From Oscillatoria sp. PCC 10802 (GTDB lineage Bacteria > Cyanobacteriota > Cyanobacteriia > Cyanobacteriales > Oscillatoriaceae), in the NCBI RefSeq assembly GCF_000332335.1, contig NZ_KB235948.1:2804513-2848670 (forward strand): a stretch of DNA of 44,158 bases, in the 5' to 3' direction. Below, in pieces: positions 40,487 through 44,158 of this stretch (within the stretch, counting starts at the first letter, position 1; each line of letters starts with the position of its first letter). The notes under the pieces were generated by a model. It saw only the letters and a list, made by a program, of their open reading frames with translations, had not been told where the DNA came from and did no database searches. Position numbers and translations under genes: made by a program.

Positions 40487-41467
40487 GTGACTCATCCCCG
40501 TGTTATCTGCCTCGGTGAAATTTTGTTTGATTATCTGGCTGACCAGCCCGGGCACTCCCCAAAGCAGGTTGAGTCTTGGACACCCCATGCGGGAGGCGCA
40601 CCGGCCAATGTGGCCTGCGCTCTAGCCAAGTTGGGGACGCCGGCGGGATTTATCGGCTGTGTTGGCCAAGATGAGCCCGGAGACTCCCTGGTGCGGGTGC
40701 TGTCTGGTGCCGGTGTGGGTGTCACCGGCATCCAGCGCCACAAAACAGCACCCACAAGGGCAGTTTACGTCCTGCGCTCAGAAACCGGCGAGCGGGAGTT
40801 TGCCGGTTTTGGTGAGCGGGACACCACAGAATTTGCCGATACCTATCTCCAGAGTGACCAATTGCCAGAGGAACTGTTTGAAAATGCTGAATTTCTGGTT
40901 TTGGGCAGCTTGGAAATGGCTTATCCCGACAGCCGCAAGGCGATTGAGCGAGCGATCGATCTCGCCGAGCAGCACTACGTCAAAATTGTGCTGGATGTTA
41001 ATTGGCGACCGGCGTTTTGGCCCGATCCCGCCGACGCCCCCCAGCTGATTCTGGATCTGCTCCCTCAGGTCGATTTCCTCAAGCTTTCCGAAGAGGAAGC
41101 TGAATGGCTCTTAGGCGCGACAGATGCCAGTTCCATATCCTACAAGCTCGACTCAGTGGAGGGTGTGCTGATCACCGCCGGCGAGCACGGTTGCTCCTAC
41201 TGTCTGGGAGACACTTGCTCGCAGGTGCCGGCTTTTCCTGTGAAGGTGGCAGACACCACCGGCGCGGGGGATGCCTTTCTTGCCGGTTTTGTCCACCAGA
41301 TCTGCCAGCACGGGATTAGCATTCTCGAAGACCCGCAGATGGCGAAAAAAGTGGTAACATATGCCTGTGCGGTGGGGTCGCTGACGGCGACTAAACCGGG
41401 TGCGATCGCCGGCGCACCTGATGCCGGTGAGGTGGAAGCTTTCTTGCACAGCAGCGCTGTTCACTAA
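40487..41467 (+). CDS. PfkB-family carbohydrate kinase (fructokinase-like)
   Basis: VICLGEILFD, GGAPANVACALAKLG, DTTGAGDAFLAGF anion-hole motif; GTG start. Confidence 0.8.
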   Translation: MTHPRVICLGEILFDYLADQPGHSPKQVESWTPHAGGAPANVACALAKLGTPAGFIGCVGQDEPGDSLVRVLSGAGVGVTGIQRHKTAPTRAVYVLRSETGEREFAGFGERDTTEFADTYLQSDQLPEELFENAEFLVLGSLEMAYPDSRKAIERAIDLAEQHYVKIVLDVNWRPAFWPDPADAPQLILDLLPQVDFLKLSEEEAEWLLGATDASSISYKLDSVEGVLITAGEHGCSYCLGDTCSQVPAFPVKVADTTGAGDAFLAGFVHQICQHGISILEDPQMAKKVVTYACAVGSLTATKPGAIAGAPDAGEVEAFLHSSAVH

Positions 41468-41785
41468 ATCAAGCGGTAAGAAACCGGGTTTCTTTGGGAA
41501 AAACCCGGTTTCTAGTATGACTGCGAGCCGCCACCGCCTTTGAGCCGGTTTAAATTTTGTTAAATTCTTTCAGGCAAGGTTGAATTCTATAAAATACATG
41601 GTAGGGTTGACTCATGGTTTATGGGGAGCATCCCGATTTTGTAGCACGGGCGTCGCGCTTACGCGCCGCTGCGCTAAAGCCGGGGGAATAAAAAAACTCG
41701 CTTGGCAGGCAAGATGCCTGGACGACAAGAGAGGGATTTATAAGAATAGTATGCTCCTTGGTTTATCTTAATGAAGGGAGAGTTT

Positions 41786-42808
41786 ATGAAAGGGCATTTC
41801 CTACTTAGCTTTATGGTAAGCTTGGCGGTTTTGGGTGTGGGAACATTAACCAAACAAACCCCTGCACAGGCTGAACCTGCATCTATATTTAGACCAATTA
41901 TCAGAGATATCCAGAATCGGCTTACCCAAGGAATGGTGATGAGATTGCCGGCTTATTTAGAAGTTATTAATGAGCGAGAAAAGCCAATAACGCTTTATGC
42001 GATTTTGGAGCCTTATAAAGACAGGGAATTAAGAATATCTCTAGTTTCAACACCAGATTGTCGGGCCCGTTTTTGTCAGCTCGGATACATTGCTGCTGTG
42101 CGAGAAGGTTCCGATAACCGACACCTGGATCAAAAAAGCAGCGGTGTTCCAATTAATTTAGGACAGGGAGTTAGTGGGGTTTACGTTGCTGTTAATCCAA
42201 GAGGTGCTTCCAGCGGTCCTTATGGATTGGCAATTTGGGAGCAGAATGGTCTTACTTTTGTAGTAAGTCAGCCTTATTTTCCTGGATTGACCTCAGAGCA
42301 GAACAAGCAGAGAATTATCGACATTGCAAGTTCTATGGCTAATGAACCGCCGATTTATGATAAGTTCACTGCGGCTTCTCGGAATATGACAGCAACGCCG
42401 AAAGTCCCAACCTGGAGACAATTTGTAGAGCGAGGCGGTGGGCGTTACATTCAAGTCGATTTTGACCTACCTGATGAATTTAGAAATGGCTTTGTTTACT
42501 TTAATCAAGGAGCCAGTGTTATTAATGCTTACATCCTAAAAGAGGGGTTGTCCAGCTATCCCGCAGCAATTGAAGGCGGACTCCAACAAATTGATTCTGG
42601 ACTTGCCGAACAATACATCAAATCAGGTCAAGCCATTAGTCTTTTCTGGAATTTGGGCAACTCCGGTCTTAGATATATCAATGATACTGAAGTGAGGTTT
42701 TCCAATTCAGGACATGGGTGTTTTAAAACTATCTGTTTAACGGCTCCTTTTCTCAGTCAGGCAGAAATTAGCCGAATTTTACGTTCAGTGAGAAACATAG
42801 GAAACTGA
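41786..42808 (+). CDS. Secreted hypothetical protein, AT-rich gene (alternative start 41771)
   Basis: Signal peptide MKGHFLLSFMVSLAVLGVGTLTKQTPAQA; no recognised domain; GC visibly lower than neighbours; GGGAGAG RBS before ATG 41786. Confidence 0.6.
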   Translation: MKGHFLLSFMVSLAVLGVGTLTKQTPAQAEPASIFRPIIRDIQNRLTQGMVMRLPAYLEVINEREKPITLYAILEPYKDRELRISLVSTPDCRARFCQLGYIAAVREGSDNRHLDQKSSGVPINLGQGVSGVYVAVNPRGASSGPYGLAIWEQNGLTFVVSQPYFPGLTSEQNKQRIIDIASSMANEPPIYDKFTAASRNMTATPKVPTWRQFVERGGGRYIQVDFDLPDEFRNGFVYFNQGASVINAYILKEGLSSYPAAIEGGLQQIDSGLAEQYIKSGQAISLFWNLGNSGLRYINDTEVRFSNSGHGCFKTICLTAPFLSQAEISRILRSVRNIGN

Positions 42809-42862
42809 AGACGATTAAACCGGGTGCCATTGCCGGTGCGCAGCCGTGTCGGTAAGGTAACA

Positions 42863-43087
42863 GGCTTTTAATCTGTGGAGAAAGTCGGTTCCGCCGACAG
42901 ATATGCGTTCCCAGCTTCAGTCTGGAAACGAGGTTTCTGGGCGGGGGTGCAAGAAACCGGGTTTCTCAATCAATGTTTTCCCCCGGATGGGGGATTCCAG
43001 AAACCCGGTTCTCTCGTTCCCAGCTCAAGCTGGGAACGCAATCTGGAGGCTCTGCCTCCTTTCAACGGAAAAGCAGGTTAAAAGCCT
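42863..43087. repeat. Composite repeat (family 3 ends flanking gcgttcccagc hairpins and a family 2 core)
   Basis: aggcttttaatctg...gcgttcccagcttcag...gaaaccgggtttc...gcgttcccagctcaagctgggaacgc...ggaggctctgcctcctttcaacggaaaagcaggttaaaagcct. Confidence 0.65.
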
Positions 43088-43175
43088 AAGAGCTTCTGCG
43101 TAATTCATCCAAATGAAACGGCTATAATTGGCTATAATTTATCTTATTGTATCCAAAGAAACCCGGTGTCTAGTA

Positions 43176-43682
43176 TTAGCTGGAATGTTCGCTGCCACCG
43201 GCCCGCAGCTCAAGCAGAATCATCCGCACGATTTCCTCTGGCGGCTGCGAGGCGTCGGCAACAATCGCTTCCTCTGGCTCTTCGAGAGTGTCGAACTGGC
43301 TTTGCAGCAAGTCCGCTTTCATGTAGTGGTTCTGGCGCGATCGCAGCCGGTGTGAGATCAGCTCGAAAGATCCTTTGAGGTAAACTAGCCTCATGCGCTG
43401 CAAGTCGCGCAACAGTGACTGGCGATAGGACGCTTTGAGCGCTGAGCACGCCAGCACCGCGTTTGTGTCCCCCTCCAGCCATCCGTCGATGGCGCGCTGC
43501 ATCCGATCGAGCCACGGTTTGCGGTCCGCATCGTCGAGGGGGATGCCCCGGCTCATCTTCTCGATGTTTGCCGGTGGGTGAAAATCGTCGGCATCGCTGA
43601 AGTTCCAGTTCAGTGATGCCGCCAGCAGCCGGCCAATGGTCGATTTGCCGGAACCAGAGACTCCCATGACTATAACTATCAT
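43176..43682 (-). CDS. Gluconokinase (shikimate-kinase-like P-loop kinase)
   Basis: MIVIVMGVSGSGKSTIGRLLAASLNWNFSDADDFHPPANIEKMSRGIPLDDADRKPWL...AVLACSALK. Confidence 0.85.
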   Translation of the reverse strand: MIVIVMGVSGSGKSTIGRLLAASLNWNFSDADDFHPPANIEKMSRGIPLDDADRKPWLDRMQRAIDGWLEGDTNAVLACSALKASYRQSLLRDLQRMRLVYLKGSFELISHRLRSRQNHYMKADLLQSQFDTLEEPEEAIVADASQPPEEIVRMILLELRAGGSEHSS

Positions 43683-43744
43683 CGCAGCGCCACCCGATGG
43701 AAAATGGGGGCGACCGGGCGGGTCGCCCCTACAATTTTAGCGTT

Positions 43745-43851
43745 TATAGCAATATGCACTTAGGTTAGGACAGTAAGACAGGCGAGACGCCTGTCCTACG
43801 CCTTTTGTCCCTACGCCATTGATGTCTTAACCAGTATGACTAATGCTATAG
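43745..43851. repeat. MITE copy
   Basis: tatagcaatatgcacttaggttaggacagtaagacaggcgagacgcctgtcctac...ccagtatgactaatgctata. Confidence 0.65.
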
Positions 43852-43903
43852 CGGTCGGGACAGAGGCCCGGTTTATTGCCCCCCGCTAGTGGCTTCGGAG
43901 GTC

Positions 43904-44158
43904 ATGGGAATGCCGCAAACAATTGTCCTCCCCTGCATGTTACCCGTGCCGGTGGCGCTGCCGGTTCCCGCCGTCGTGTTGCCTGTGCCGGTGCGGCTGC
44001 CGGTTCCTGCTGTTGTGTTACCTGTGCCGGTGCGGCTGCCGGTTCCCGCTGTCGTGTTACCTGTGCCGGTGCGGCTGCCGGTTCCCGCTGTCGTGTTACC
44101 TGTGCCGGTGGGATTGGCTGGTCCCTCCGCCTGGGTGTCAGTGCCGGTGCGGCTGTCG
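43904..44158 (+). CDS. Proline/valine-rich repeat protein, N-terminal fragment (runs off window end); strand and frame tentative
   Basis: GGAGGT then ATG. MGMPQTIVLPCMLPVPVALPVPAVVL then (PVPVRLPVPAVVL)x3, encoded by a 39-bp tandem repeat. The minus frame GNTTAGTGSRTGT is also open. Confidence 0.35.
   Translation, partial: MGMPQTIVLPCMLPVPVALPVPAVVLPVPVRLPVPAVVLPVPVRLPVPAVVLPVPVRLPVPAVVLPVPVGLAGPSAWVSVPVRLS
43982..44158. repeat. 39-bp tandem repeat x ~4.5 (cctgtgccggtgcggctgccggttcccgctgtcgtgtta)
   Basis: Period 39 by position (43982, 44021, 44060, 44099). Each unit carries two TGCCGGTG octamers. Confidence 0.8.

Noticed and set aside
43982-44158. Regular 39-bp repeats: CRISPR array?
   Set aside because: Units are contiguous with no unique spacers. 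It is a coding minisatellite, not a CRISPR array.

Overview
This is a 44 kb chromosomal segment, about 55-58% GC, that reads as a filamentous cyanobacterium. I base that on heptamer STRR-type tandem repeats, HIP1 GCGATCGC copies, pentapeptide-repeat Ser/Thr kinase, and sbtA/sbtB/pxcA and group 2/3 sigma factors. The region is mostly housekeeping and signalling genes. Intergenic spaces are heavily colonised by at least four families of small MITE-like palindromic repeat elements.

Recognisable genes are: a GNAT acetyltransferase, a fasciclin protein, a GlsB/YmgE membrane protein, a GST, a HerA/DUF87-like ATPase, a group-2 sigma-70, CobO, MoeA, a pentapeptide Ser/Thr kinase, a GT2-TPR glycosyltransferase, RlmN, Lgt, a group-3 sigma factor, a BI-1/YccA membrane protein, prfB (RF2 with its classic +1 frameshift site CTT TGA C), a PfkB sugar kinase and a gluconokinase. 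There is a carbon-concentrating cluster, sbtA-sbtB-beta-carbonic anhydrase-pxcA. There is also a three-gene phosphorelay: a large transporter-fused PAS sensor kinase, a CheY-like receiver and a REC-HisKA-HATPase hybrid.

Decayed loci are: an IS630 transposase remnant truncated by a MITE, a frameshifted histidine kinase, and a beta-carbonic anhydrase paralog with an internal deletion.

Things worth a second look: a strongly over-represented octamer TGCCGGTG/CACCGGCA; a perfect consensus sigma70 promoter with no obvious gene behind it; paralogous 65-nt promoter-leader elements; an AT-rich secreted-protein gene that looks horizontally acquired; a 39-bp tandem-repeat (13-aa Pro/Val repeat) gene at the window edge; several unannotated small ORFs; and a long minus-strand ORF (sub-60-aa or edge-truncated, so absent from the ORF track) at the left edge.

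I saw no tRNA, rRNA or CRISPR array.
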